From positions 72,168,001 through 72,232,000 of the forward strand of contig OZ320319.1 of NCBI GenBank assembly GCA_976226885.1: a stretch of 64,000 nucleotides of DNA. The letters run 5' to 3'. This DNA comes from Iphione sp. A-MEVVRFRX5 (taxonomy: Eukaryota). Positions 48,647-62,709 of the stretch are shown one piece after another (within the stretch, counting starts at the first letter, position 1; the number at the start of each line of letters is the position of its first letter). Made by a program: the position numbers and the translations under genes. The notes beneath the pieces were generated by a model. That model was not told the origin of the DNA. It worked only from the letters and a program-made list of their open reading frames with translations, and searched no databases.

Positions 48647-51149
48647 GATATGACTTCGACTTTATGCAAGGGGTAGTCCAGTGGTTAATGTGTGAGGGGC
48701 TTCCTCTTTGATCTTTTGAGCTTTTCTGTGCCAGCATATAAGGGTGTTACATCAATTCAGTCTAAGGGAGGGTGCCTTGGTTGACAGCCTCCCCAAACCT
48801 TCTCTACCTTCCACCACCCCCACCCTCCGCTTAATCAACTGCTTGCTGGGCCTAGGTGGCCACTGCTCAGCCTCTACTCTCCGACCCCCTGCTTCATAAG
48901 CCTCTTGCTGGATCAGTCAGTCTTCACGCACTACATATCAGCAGAGTTAGACTGGGAATCGGCAGGTTTAGACCATGAGTCGGTGAGTTTCATGCAAATT
49001 TGGCCCAAAAATGGAATTCATGCAAATGGGTCCCAAAAACGGTGAAATTCATACAAATTTGGCCATAGTGACCTTTACATGCAGTGTGTGCTGCACCTAT
49101 TCTCTTGTCAGTCATTATAAGTTGGAACTAGGTTGCATGTATATAATAATTCCTGTTATTAAACAGACGTGTCATTGGTAAAATTATATCCTCGTCTAAT
49201 AGCAACAGCTGGAACATATATTTGCAACAGAAGGCTTTTGTAAAAATGTTTCTAATATTAAAAAGGAAATTTGTTCGCCACATGGTAGCATGGTTTCTAC
49301 CTTACTACACGTAGACACACTAAAGATCGATAGAGAGACAAGTAGACAGGCAGATAGACTGATAGATAGAAAAAGATAGAGGGATAGGTCACAATTGAGT
49401 GGTTTACAGAGGTACAAAGTTGGCCAGATGAAACGTACCCAGCCTCTATGATACTTTAACATCTATATATCATAAGATAACTTATTGACACACTTTCTTC
49501 TGCGGATGGGAAACTGATGGTACCGCTGAGTTTCATTGTCATTCCACTGACGCTATTAGCTGTTAGCGTGCAGGCGAGAAATAAGAGGAGGTATTGTTTG
49601 CCATATTCAGGTAGTAGATAATAAACGTATGCCTTCGAACCCTCACATGAGACCAAGCACGTGACTGGCCAATTTTTGTCCATGGGCAAGTTAGCTTCGT
49701 AGTGGGTTTCAAACGTTGGTAATTAAATGTAAATCTAATATTGTTTCTCAAATAACTTAGTCTTTTTAAGGCTTGGTATTTTAAAGTGAACTTCTGTTGT
49801 ATTTTAAAACAGACGAGGTGGAATGCAAGCCATTAGGATACAGCTAAATGTGCGCCAGGAGAGTAGCAAGCATTATTCCTCGTGAGAACTGTATAATTTA
49901 AGTTGATGTACTATCTGTACATGACAATGTGTTATGTGGTGCAATGCCTGATGCTGATCCATCACTCGCTATTGTACACTGTGATGATTAAAGGGACAAC
50001 CATCTGTGTCGAGTTAAAATAAAAAGTGTCCGTCATTTTTCAATCCGAGCGTGATATCAACAAAATGGGGCCATGCTAATACGTAAGCGTGTATAGTTCT
50101 CTCTTTATGTAAACAAGTGAGCGTTTTGAAGTGTATGAAACGGTATGTCCTATCGGATGAAATGGACAGAATTCTGGTATGTACACGCTCCACGAGAAAC
50201 ATTTCATCTACATATATATACATAAATATATATACCACACCACTATAAAAACAGACAAACAAAACATTTCCCAAACCACAGACCGCACACTTGGCACAGA
50301 TATTCACTACAAGTCCTCTTCGTTTAAAATAGTTCAGAAATGAATAATAACTGTATATGTACTCACATAGTTATACAGTGACCCTTACTCGGGACATCCA
50401 AAACTCATATTACTTTTTGAGGTATGCTGGACATACATACATTATACATGGGCAAGGAACACCCCATCTGAGACATATAAAGCATATAATCCGTATCTAC
50501 AGAGTATACTACAAATTTGAAACAACGAATACAAATCAGTATAAGACGGAAATATAATCCTTTTTCAAATACCATTAATTCGGTATACTCAAAATAAAAG
50601 TACTCCTTCAATTAAAATATCTTTGTGTGTACTTCTACATGATAGAATATACAGGTGAGGCAACTGCATATTATGAATTTACATACAATAGAAAGCCCAT
50701 ATAAACACGGATCTTTCCCAAACTGTCCCTATTTGAGGTGTCTTACTAGTATGGACTTTCTGTAAAATATGGGAATGAAGTCCCAGCAACCCCGACTACT
50801 ACATTCTCATGTTGACAAACACTTGGCATTAATCTTCTATACCAAGCTTTCAGAAAAGGGACATATATAATGCCGCAAATAACGAAGTAGATGCTGTGCT
50901 TGATATCATTTGGTAGTTGGAAACTCCGTTATGAGAAGCACACTATTTCAGTATGAGTTATCATGGATTTGGGCTTGATATTCACAAGATGCTACAAAAT
51001 GTGTAGACATAGCCAACTTCATTATAAAGAGGTTTTTGTTATTAGAGTTACAGTTGTAAGTTTCTGCTTTATTTGACTGAGCTGTTCCTGCTTTCTTACT
51101 CTGACACATCATTAACTTAAGACGACGGGTTCAACTACAAAATTGAGGT

Positions 51150-51234
51150 ATCAGTCCAAGGTTTCAACACAATATGCCGAGGGCTAGGAAGGTAGTCCCA
51201 GCCCGAGGCATGAGTGTTGAAACCGCCGACTGAT
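51150..51234. repeat. Short palindromic element (imperfect 85-nt hairpin)
   Basis: ATCAGTC..GGTTTCAACAC..ATGCCGAGGGCT / AGCCCGAGGCAT..GTGTTGAAACC..GACTGAT. Confidence 0.75.
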
Positions 51235-54013
51235 TGAGACAGTCGCACTGGTTACAAATTTCATAGGGGGCGCCACTGTGCTCACCTGGCAACCATTTTG
51301 GGAGTGAAAAACAGCCCTTAGCAACAATACATAGGAGTTTAGTTTCAAAGGCTACAATTCATAAAATATACTGTCAAAAATTTTGTTACTTCACAGAATT
51401 ATAGAAGCATATGCTAATTATAACTACACGGTTGCATTAGTATGTAAAAATAAAATTTAATGTAATACTAATGGGTTTTTTAAGCAAGCTTACAGATTGA
51501 AAACTACCCTATTATCACTCACTTTGTAAAACCTCTGACAAGGCATAAATAAACCCTGCTATGACAATAATTGCTCTTGGGAAATAACTTAGATATACAG
51601 AAAAGCACAGCAGCATGTCTATTTAGGGAAGACAATTCCATCTTTTTCTGTTACTAAGGTTTTGACAAGTTGTTTGCACCTCCTAAATTTCAAAAATACA
51701 ACCGGAAGTGGCCAAGACGACCGTATTAATACCAAAATGGAGTGGTTAAACTCAGTTCTGAAATGGTTTTGATTAAAACTAACCTTTTACAGGGCTTAAA
51801 TCTATCATATTCCATTTTTTGGGAACTCATTTGACTGCTACAGAGCAGTGTTTCCACTGCCACAGCTGCTTCCTCTTATTTTCAAAACAAACTGCCATCT
51901 TAGTGTCATGTGACCTCTCAGGTCCAATCAGATTTAAGGAAATGCAATGAATATTGATTACTTCTCCTTATCCAATGAGGTACAACTTTCTACTCTAATG
52001 AATATTAATGCCGTGATTAGTCCCAGGTTTCAATATGTTTTTGACATTGACAGGATAGGAGAGTCACGCCGAACCATTTTAGAACTTATAACCCATGCAC
52101 ATTTACATGTACTTGTATGTACATAATGTAAAATGTAGTTTGATACAACGTAACAAGTAACTGAAAAGTAATTCGTCGCATTTAATCGCACATACATACA
52201 TACACAGATTCGTACCTGCCAGCAGACTATGAACCCCATTCACACCAATACCATTACTGGTAAAGGACTTGGCTGTTGAACCCTTCAAACTTACGTGCCC
52301 ACGGATTTCATGCCATGTCAGACACCCGTATTCATCATATCTGGCAGTGACGTGCAGCACAGGGTCCATGTGCATTTTGTATCCTTCATGTGTCTGTCCG
52401 GACAATGGCGTGTATATCATACTACATGTCACATACACGCCAGGAGTCTGGGGGATGTGACAGATATAGAATACCCTAAAATATCCCATGACAGGCAGGA
52501 TGGACAGAATACATGGATGGGAGACCTTATACTGATAGTTTGTGGCTTCATCTTTGGGTGCGTTAATAAATGACACACAGGTTGGCCAGGTTGGCCAGGA
52601 GACAGTCTGCTAAGTGGTTAAGGAACAATGCCCATTCCTTATTTGGCGAACCGTTTCTAATTCCGGTCTGTGTGTACTCCGTTAAAGCATGAGAAAAACA
52701 CATTAGAACTTCGAGTTTTCTAGTGTATTGCGGGTGGATGATTGTCATCATTACGAGAATCCCTGGGGAATGTGACATTAGTCACCTCTAACCTCAGCAA
52801 AGACCTATCAGACAAGGCTGAGACACTAGGACACAGTCTGCGTCACGCCCTGCCGTGCTACAGTAGCCTACTCAGTCTGCCTCTGCTTTGACCTCAGGTG
52901 TAGGGTGGAGGCAGACGACACTCAGTTCCGAGAACCCTATACCCTTCAACTGTTTGTAATTCTCGTAAAATCACTACCACAAATATCTGGGCTCTGCCAC
53001 GAGTCGCCTGTTTTACGCTGACACCCCTCCCTCGTTGTAATAGATACTAGCATTTCTCTTCCCTCCTTTGTATGTATGTCCTTTCTTCCATGTGTTGTTT
53101 CTGTATTCGACTATCAAGACGGTATACTTTTCCTTCGATTTTTTCCGTATCCTGTGTTGTTCTATCGTCTGCTTCGTTGCGCTCCCAGTCCCTCGGATTT
53201 TTTTTGCGACTGGGGTACCCTTTCGCCATGTTTTATACACGTGGAACATGCATATTCACATAGCCAGACATAAACATGATTTTTTGTGACATTTGATGGG
53301 ATGGCTGTGCACTAGATCAAGGGTATATTTCTACCGAAGAAATTGGAATACAGATGATTTATAAGAAGTGGATTATGGTGGCCATCTAGCGAGATTCATG
53401 GATGCGAACCTGAAAAGTTTTCAGTCGGCCATTTTCATACTAGATACCTATTTATCTAGAAATGCTTTGATATATACGTGTTCATGTACCGGTACATTTA
53501 TATATTACACTGGCGTTTCATTCCTTCATCTGGTTAGAACAAAATTCGGACTGTGTCAGGCTTACACTCTGATTATCCGGCCGTCCACCCGGGTCTTGTT
53601 GACACAAGATCTTCCTCGATTATGCCCTTAAAATGTTTAGAGGATGAATAAATCATAGCTGCCTATAGCAATAGTATTTTTTCGAAATCCTTTCCGAGAT
53701 TTGAACACTGAATCAGCACCGCTATTATACTACATTTTAGGTTTAACCAATTTTATTGGGTCATAGTGTCACCTACAATAGATGTATTTTCAACGTATAA
53801 CTCACCATGTGATATTATACCATACTGAGACCAGCCGCATGCTATGATAACATTAAAGTATCACTAACTTTTGCATAATACATGACTGTGTTTACTGCTC
53901 CTCAGTAACAATAACAACATAATGGCCCATGAATACAATGCTCATCTATCTATTCTCTTCATTGAAGCACAACAGTTATATAACACCTTAGGCATTTAAA
54001 AAAACCCGTACAA

Positions 54014-55200
54014 TTATCGACTCTTGATGTATTGTTTTGTGGCGAGATAACCATGTCGGACCACGTCTGATGGAAAAATATTCCATCTCTTTATCCCTTC
54101 TACTAGAAAATTTCTTCCATACAGTGATGATCTAGGTCTATCATACAGTAACTGTAACTGTCCACCACATTTTGTTCTAGTCATCTTCTTAGCAGTGCAA
54201 ATCTCCAACCGAAACATATCGGTGATCAACAATAGAACTTTAAGAATAGTCTTATTTAGCAATATAATCTTTAATTTTGCTTAATTGCAACAATTCACTG
54301 ATCGCACCCCTACCTACCCAATTCATCATAACACTAGACCTGACAGCTCTATACCAGGCTTGTTCCAGCCATTGGAGATTCCCCCTATTAGCCCCTACCA
54401 AAACCCAATCCCATAATCCAGATGTGGTGTCACAAAAGAAATAAACAATTATTTCCTCGGTTGATGATCCAAAATATTGCTTGACCTTCTTACTAAAAAC
54501 GATGTCTGATGAAGCTTCCTAATTTTATGATTGATCATTAGTTTAAAAGTTAACTTCTCATCAATGTCTGAGCCACAAAACTTAAATTCAGTCACTTGTT
54601 TAATTGGTACATTCCCTATTGAGATATCTAATTGAAACCCTCTAGCACAACAATAAATCACAATTTTCGATCCACTTAAGTTGAGGACTAGGCCATTGGT
54701 TGCACACCATTTCAGCACTTGATTCAGTGTGTACTGTAAATTTGTTCTTAATGCCAAGGCATTCGACCCCGTCGTCACAACTTTAACGTTGTCTGCATAT
54801 ACTATTAATTCTGATGGGAAAGAGTATTTAAATATGTCATGTATCATTAATATAAACAACCAAGGGCCCAATACAGAGCCCTGCGGAACTTCTGTAGTGG
54901 TATTTAATAACCCTGAGCTAACATTGTTACATCTAACCCTCTGTGTGCGCCCCCGTAAATATAATTCAAACCAATTAAATACCCTACCTTTATAGCCATA
55001 ATGTTTTAATTTATTTAAAAATAGCACATGATTGACGAGGTCGAATGCCTTGGGCATATCCAGGAAACACGTTGCCATATGTTTCCTAGTGTTTATACCT
55101 TCATAGATCTCTTCAACAACAAACCCGCAGCTGACAATGTACTCATCTCAGGTCTAAACCCAAATTGATTTTGATGGAATAAATAAAGATAGCAGGCCTT
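54014..55200 (-). mobile_element. Decayed, 5'-truncated CR1/L2-group (Crack/Daphne-like) LINE reverse transcriptase
   Basis: HQNQFGFRPEMST (frameshifted), FLDMPKAFDLVNH, VPQGSVLGPWLF, YADN, then PHLDYGIGFW and LYGRNFLVEGIKRWN. Multiple stops and frameshifts. Confidence 0.92.
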
Positions 55201-55229
55201 AAATGGAACAGATTAATACCTTCGAATCA

Positions 55230-55700
55230 TGTTGACAGTGATAACCTCCGAGCACGTCTACGAGGTCCTCAAAATGCCTTTAGATTGACCAAAAACTGCA
55301 GTTGCAGAATGCTTATTTAGGTATTATTTATGAGTTTGTTTATTTTAAAGCAGCGGGCACAATAATTGTCTACTTTGTGGGCGTTTTCCCACTGGATCTT
55401 CTGATCTATCTTCAAAGACGAACTTTTTAAATATGGAATTGACGTAACGTTCGATGTCTGCCTCCATAGAACTGTGAAATAATGACTCTTGTAAAAAGGC
55501 CAGAGAGTGCCTTCTTTTGTGTAGATGCGTAGCTGCATTACAAAATAAGCATGGGCGTATAGGAGAGCTGTAGAACCCTGACAGTGGATCCAAGACAAAG
55601 ATCGGTTTTGATTGAACTAAGTTGGAACATTTTATTCCTCAGGTTATTGTTCTCTCTCTCCTTCACAATGCTACAACTGGAGACTTTAAATGTGATATGC
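55230..55700 (-). mobile_element. Possible LTR remnants adjoining the LINE
   Basis: Two minus-strand segments end in CACTGTCA(ACA) downstream of AATAA(A)-like signals. No TSD found. Confidence 0.25.
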
Positions 55701-57859
55701 GTACTTTTCTCATTGTGATTACTTCGGAATAAAGAACCACGTTCGTGACCAAAGGACAGCGTTTCTCGTCATTTCCATCGTTCCTCCTGCAATAGGGCCA
55801 CAACATATCAAGTTTACTATAGTTAACATATCCTCATTGCTAACGAAAAGTCATTAGTTCAGTATACCACTTTAGGCATGAAACCTTTTATCAATGAGGG
55901 ACTATACAATGGTAACCATCTACTCGCCACAAGCGTTACCTTGAAATATGGAAATATCATTATAGATACATAAGTTCATCAGTTGAGGTCCGTGCGCGAC
56001 TTGTGAAGTGAGAAATTCAGCAGCAACAGGAGTATGTGACCTCCATACATGAGTCAGTTGTGAAGGAGGGGAAATATCTTTGACGTTTGAAGCAGAATGA
56101 AGTTACTGCTGCAGTAAGTCTCAGTAGCTGGCTGGTAACTGCCAGTAATTAGATAAGCAGAGATGTCATGGTCCAGTTTGGCTGCTGAATCAGTAAAAGA
56201 GCTTAACTCCTTGTATAGGACTTCAATCAAAAGTGCAAAAGGGAAAGGGTGTGATTGGGTGTGCTAGTGGGATGGTTGGCTGCACTATGATTTGTAGAAC
56301 TCTTTCCTTCAGAGACAAGATTCCCCAACTAACATGAACAAGAACATTTCTTCATATTTATCAGACCCCCTGATGGTAGTAATAGCCTGTTGAGTCTTAC
56401 AACAATCAGATCTCCACTATGCGGTGCTTGCTGCACTTGTTTTGACTGAGTAGCTCATATAGGTATGTACTGTGCATTGTATATCAGAACGAAGTAGATC
56501 CTCCATTTGGAGTCCACTACGATGTCTTTGTGATACAGTTAAGCTAGGTACGCTAATCTATCCCCTGGGCCTACGGGACAGACGACCCCCCAGCTTTTCT
56601 GACACCTAGAAAGTTCGTTTGTTCTCCCTTAGCAGTGAAGTGGATGGGATGAGGTCGGGAACCTGATGACTAACGTCAGTCGTTTGTGTAATGCTGAGGC
56701 AATCCCCCTGTCACTCTCACTTCAAACGGCCGATTTACTCACTGCTTTCACGTTTTTTTTTATCTTGTCATCGTTGTTATATCAAAGAACATTTCAAAAG
56801 GTTGGGACCTCCTCATTTCAGGGTTATTTCGTCAGAACTATATCTTCTCGTCGTCCTAGTACATTAACAAAAACGTTCTTTGGTGGTGCAACATAATCCG
56901 ACACTTAAAGCCGTAGAATCATAACAATAGGTGTTGTTGAATGCGAAGGATACTACGCAGGGTAGAGGAGGGGATCTACCTTATTAAGTTCTGGAGTCAC
57001 TGAGTTTCAACAGCCTTCTACTACTCATAAAATATAAATACTCTGAAATTCTTATTATTTTTCTCCGTTTTATGTCAAACGAGTCGGAAAAAAGAAGTTC
57101 AGTAGCTGTTAAGGTGAAGTAATCTAGCCACTTACGTGTGGACCAAAAGTGAGTTTGATAGGTGGAGGTCTTAGTGGAGACGGTAATGAAGATAAGAAAT
57201 GAAAGGACGAACAAGAAAGAAATTATTACAACGTGTAAGGGGCCTTGGGGAAAAATGTGTCCACATATTATGTTACGGTACCTAACAATAAAAATTATAT
57301 CCATAAGAAAAAGAAAGTTTCTGCTTTGTCTTGGATAAAGCATGCTCCCCGTGCTACTGAATAAGAAAGGAGTCAAATATTATAAGACCGTGATAAGATG
57401 ATGACATGGAAAAAAACTGCAGTTATATATTTATAATCGCTTTAATGAACAACTTTTTGCCGTGCCTATTCTTAAACTATGATATCTTTGGGGCACAAGT
57501 AGTAAATACACGTATGAAGATCGAAATCGGAGCATGTTCTTTTGTCCTTTTACTTTTCCGTGATGATCTTGGATGACCTTGTCATGACCTTGTCTTTACA
57601 CCAGTGTCCCTGAGCATCGTTCGGTCTCCTGCTGTCCTGGGGCGTCAAACATAATGAGCTTCGTTTTTTTTCACGCGGAGACAAGTGCGCGTATATGTCC
57701 TCACGGGCGTTCGTTGAGTTGCTCTCCGGAGGAGCCTGAGGGAGACGCTCATCACGAACCGGAGCTACTCATCAACACTCACGTGACTTGCGTACGTCGC
57801 CCACTAGGCGAGAACTCGGGCCACGGTTATACACAGCATTCACACAATCCTTGTCGTTC

Positions 57860-58260
57860 AGGGTAGAAGGATTAAAAGGGGGGGGACTAAAGTTGTGGAA
57901 ATATAAGAAAGCTGAGTGGAATAAAGGAGAGGAGCCCATGATTGTGAAAATATGGAGAGGCTGAGTGAAATGTAAGAGGGCGACTATGGATATTAAAGAA
58001 TGAAAAGATATGGTGAAATGAGAGGTAGAGGACTAAGTTTATTCAAAGTAGGCCTAAGTAGAATATGTGGATTGAAGGAGGGTAGGGGATTAAGTTTATT
58101 AAAAATAAATAGACGAGGTAGAGTGGGGGAAAGGAGGCTAAGGTTTTGAACTATGGGTAGGCCAATAGGACTAAAGGAGGTGGAACTGAATTTGTGAAAT
58201 ACCATTAGGCTGGCTGGATTGAAGGACAGTGGGCTAATGCTATTAAAATATTAAAGTAGT
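57860..58260. repeat. Degenerate purine-rich tandem array, period about 50 bp
   Basis: Recurrent GG(A/G)CTAA(A/G)GTT(T/G)...AAAT motif at irregular 47-56 bp spacing. Confidence 0.45.
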
Positions 58261-58522
58261 ACATGAAGGAAGGAAGGTTGTGAAAACCTACAGACATAGA
58301 GGAATGACGCGGTGTGAAGAAATTGTAATAGGGACAAAGATAGTTACTATATAGTTTGATATTGTTCTACACTGGCCACTGCAGCCTGCAAGAAGAATTT
58401 TAGCCAATCAGAATGAAGGTTTTCTTTTTATTCTGTGTACACAGATCCTTTATCTTGATTGCTTATTGCTGACGTCTTTCACTTTATCTCCCTATATCAG
58501 ACGCCATAGACGTACAATGTAA

Positions 58523-58878
58523 GGGGCTATTCATATGTACATGTATTTTCTTACATTTACTGTTCCGTAGACATAGGAAAATACCTGTTTGATAATAATG
58601 AAGTACATGTAAACTGTTCACATATACACGCATGCATCTTCTTCTACGTCTACGGACGCATAGATGTACAGTAAAAACCCCGTTCGAGGGTGTCAGGACA
58701 AGGTCGCACCTTGACGGGTGTTCTATGCCTACAGATGCATAGTCCATAGAAAGCAATGGTCAGAGACATATGGTGAACATAGGAGCAATTTAAGACTTAT
58801 CAACAGGCGGCATCCTATGTCTCCAGGCATGTAGACGTGTTTCTCCCGTGTTTCATAAATGTACATGTGAATAGCCCC
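58523..58878. mobile_element. PIF/Harbinger-like MITE
   Basis: TAA|GGGGCTATTCATATGTAC ... GTACATGTGAATAGCCCC|TCA; 18-bp TIR with one mismatch. Confidence 0.82.
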
Positions 58879-61800
58879 TCAGCCGTGGATTTTAATGGCA
58901 TTTGGTAGGTCTACATAAAACGGTGTGTATGTGTCAGAATAGTGCTCGCTTCCTGTGTCTCATTTTTTTAAAATTTCACTTCCCATATTGAACTTTGACT
59001 ATAAACCCCGTTGGAAGAAGTAACACATATAAAAATAATAGTGTGTAGGGAACGGCAATTTTAAGTAGGCCTACATGTACATTAGAGCGATTATACTAAA
59101 TTGTTTTCACATACATCGGAATTCGTCACACAAAGTGCAGTGCAGTTCAATTCAGTTGTGGATAAATTTGACCATAACCTGTATTTGCGATGCCTACGGG
59201 AAATATTTGACTAAACGTCCTCCCATATTCGACTGTAACCTCAGTCTCTTACAAACGTTACTCCATTGTATGATTGGACTCATATTTTGAAATACTTGAC
59301 CAACTAATATGTTTTCCTTTAGTACCATTGGTACTAGTTAGTTGTTGATGAGTTAGATTTGTGCGCTGTTCAAATGATATCACATACTTGTACGTAGCAT
59401 GTATATGGTATCTCTATCGTATAGATGAAAGGGCTGGCGTGAGAAAGGGATTGGGTGAGGGAACTGATTGATCAATTTACAAGGTGTTTACCTGAAAGCA
59501 GATTTAGGGCGCTAAGCTTAGAGTGATAACATATGTTGAGTGCTTCTTAGAATAGACGTTTTACAGTGAAAGATGCCAGTAGACATCCACTAAAACAGAC
59601 GTTTTATAGTTGAAGATGTCAGAAGGCACCCACTAGAAGTGGTCCCATTGTGGGTAGAGAGGTTGAGTATGAACAGGTTGCGAGAATTACTGTGCCCTGG
59701 AATGTGCTTTATACACGCCGAACAGTACGACTCAGTATCAATTGTTTCCGTGGTGTATTAGAAAGTAAGGAAACTGCGCAATAGACGTGATGTGGGAGAT
59801 AAAGACATGCTGATGGACGATGCAAGGCCTTTTCTCGAATGCCAAAGTATTGGACAGGTTATTCTAAAACAGGCTGGATGGTAGGAGTGTCCCCGAATGA
59901 AAAAACAGAAGCAAAACACGCTTCAGCCCTTAATCAGGGATGGGCATATATACTTGAAAAGATACATTGTACTTGAACAAAACTGGGAGGTCGGTTGGCT
60001 AGCGCCCATAGAATGTACCACTTGGCCTTTTGCGCAGTAAGTCGAACTACGTCATTAAAGTAAAAGAGTGGATTTTATTCAAACTTGACCTGTGCTAAGC
60101 GATTTTGACTTATCTTAGGTAACCATGGTGTAGTCAGTGAGAGTGTCAGTATCATAATCGATAAGGCGTCCAATAGGCTCCTGCCTACAAAAGTCGCATT
60201 TTCATTGTTTTAAGGTTCCTAGCTGACAATACACTTAAAATGACGTTTTGAGATCGTATTTTTCACCTCTTTGTGCTCGGATCATAGGTCCTTTTAATTA
60301 AGATCTAAGGTCAGCAGGTCAGCTCTGAAAGGCCAAGGCAACAGATCACCAACTGACCTCCCCAGTGATTTTGCAATAAATTTCTATAATTGTGGCAATA
60401 GTTATACAATGCAGTTATTTTTGTTCTTAGATTCCCTTAAAGAATACTACATTACACTTCAATTGGCATTTGTTTTGCATTAGGTGGGCCTATGTTTTAA
60501 CCCTTGCTTTGCTTTAATTATTTTTATGAAGTAATCAATTAATCAATTGTTAGATCTTGAATTGGTTTTCCGCGAATAGTCAACCAATTGGCATATCAAG
60601 GGCCATCCAAGGGATGGGTACCCTAGACCTTTTGCCCTTGCTGTGTCCAGCAGGAATAACTCTTCTATTGTGGCCCTCGACCCCCACTCCCACTGGATCC
60701 ATGCTGGCAAAATCCATAGTATTAACCTAAAGGATAGAAATATACATATGTGAATGTTAGTCCCATTTAGGCTGCCCTAGAAGTCTGTCCAAAGAGGAAA
60801 TTAGCCCGATATTGCCAGAACAGCTTGGACGATTCTGCAGCGCCAGAACTTCATTGGTTTGTAAAGTGCTGCCCTCTCGTGCTAAAAGCGACACGTACTC
60901 AGACTGACTGGACTGCAGCAGGTATAATCAGCCACCGAAGTGTAGTTCACTGCAAATTTCTTGTTGACTTCGGGTGGTTGTGTATTATACAGGACACTAA
61001 TAAGAGCTCCCAGCCGTTCCTTCTCACAGAGTATGGATGGGAATAAGATGAGCTTGCATAGAGTAGAACGCAATGTAATTCTTCACGTCGCACACTTTCC
61101 CCCCAAGTCACGATAATGATACATTTGTATCAGTGATTATCTGTGGTATCTCGAAAATGCGCGAAATCCCTCCTTCAAAATTAGCTGGGCCTATTCTGAA
61201 AAAGGAATTTTATGTCTGGGATGAGAGGTTGGATCCCTGCTTCCGTATTCAGAGATGCACCTGGATGAATTTCTATGCGAGCAAGTCTCTCTCTGAACAA
61301 AGGCTGAGACCTGAGTAAAGAAGAAATTTCCACATGTCCTCATAAAAAAATTGATGTCTGTAAAATACAGTCGGTCTCAACAGTAGAAAGTTCTGCTGCA
61401 ATTAGAATTAGAAGTTATTCTCTCTGCAATATCTAGACAAACTCAAAGGGTTAGAGGGTCCGACAGCAACATTCCAGGTTTACCAGCCCAAGGCTTAGGA
61501 ACAGTTAGGCCTACTTGTGTGTAGCCTCTGACCGCACCTCATGAACTTGTTTGCCTGTTTCACATCTCATATTCATGTCTATATATATATATATATATGC
61601 TACCGTGTTTGTTGAGTTCCGTCCTTGTATCCATTGATCTATAGCCACAAATATGAAATAACACTATCAAACAAACACATACTCACTTTAACTACTGTAA
61701 TTTGTTTTTTATCTTAATCAAGCGACGTTCCGTTAGAAAAGGCAACACAGATATGCAAAAATTTATCTAATATCAGAGTTCCTGACCGCAAATATATGAA

Positions 61801-62605
61801 GAATCAGGAAAACCGTTCCTACATCCGGTTTCTTTACCAGTAGCTAAACATATCCATCACTTGCGCATTCTATAGGGGATGGGCATCTAACTCTCAGCAG
61901 CGTAAATGCGGGAAAGCTGCTTGTGCATATATATATAGGCCTAAAATAAAATCAGCGTTTAACCAAAGGGAAGACAAAATATTTCTTTCACTAATTTGTG
62001 TCAATTGTGATATTAGTTAACTCGCTCAGGAAATTTCAGAACAGTTTTGAAAGCACGCTGACGCATCTGTTCAAAATGTTTCAAACAACGTTACATCTAT
62101 TACATCAAGTGTTGATTCCTTGTTTGCGCCTGCCATTGGCTGTTCTCATCAATGATTGGAAGAAATTAATGTCCTTTTCAGTAAAGGTTAGCAATTTTCG
62201 ACATCCACATGTACATGTAGATGTATTTGAACTTGAGAGCGTTTTGAACTGGATCCTCTGGGCAACATTTCAATAAATACATTAATCATGAAGAGATCTG
62301 TTTCATCTTTTAAACATAATATCCAGGTTTGCGTGTATGTAGTTCTTCTGCAGAGCAAATCAAAAATTCTTTCTCTTCTGTGGAAAGGGATGTTCAACAG
62401 ATGTCGGTGTTAACATTGTTCCATAAATGATTGAGGCTTAATTTCCATGTACCCGTGTCTGCGTGTAGCCTCTCTCTATATTTTTTGTCATGATTTTTAG
62501 GACTGTAGGCTAACAGGAGAAGTATATCCATGCACACATAGGCCATGTAGCATGTAACATGTTTGTGTCACGTTTTGGAATTAGACAAAACTGGTACAGT
62601 GTGCT

Positions 62606-62709
62606 TGGATGATGCCAAATACAAGTTCAGGTAGCATGAATACCAAACGAGGCCGGAAGGCCAAGTTTGGTATGATAATGCTACCTGAACGAGTATTTGG
62701 CATCATCCA
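62606..62709. repeat. Short palindromic element (104-nt hairpin)
   Basis: TGGATGATGCCAAATAC..GTTCAGGTAGCAT..ATACCAAAC-GAGGCC-GGAA-GGCC-AA-GTTTGGTAT..ATGCTACCTGAAC..GTATTTGGCATCATCCA. Confidence 0.85.

Noticed and set aside
48666-48700. GTAGTCCAGTGGTTAA as a tRNA/SINE A-box
   Set aside because: No B-box or cloverleaf follows. No tRNA, rRNA or snRNA gene could be supported anywhere in the window.
55345-55593. MEADIERYV resembling a Gypsy integrase zinc-finger segment
   Set aside because: The required Cys residues and the WP motif are absent, and no other pol domains are nearby.
56000-56530. DIVVDSKWRIYF and SGDLIVV resembling NHL repeats on the minus strand
   Set aside because: Short matches in different frames with many stops. 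Not supportable without a profile search.
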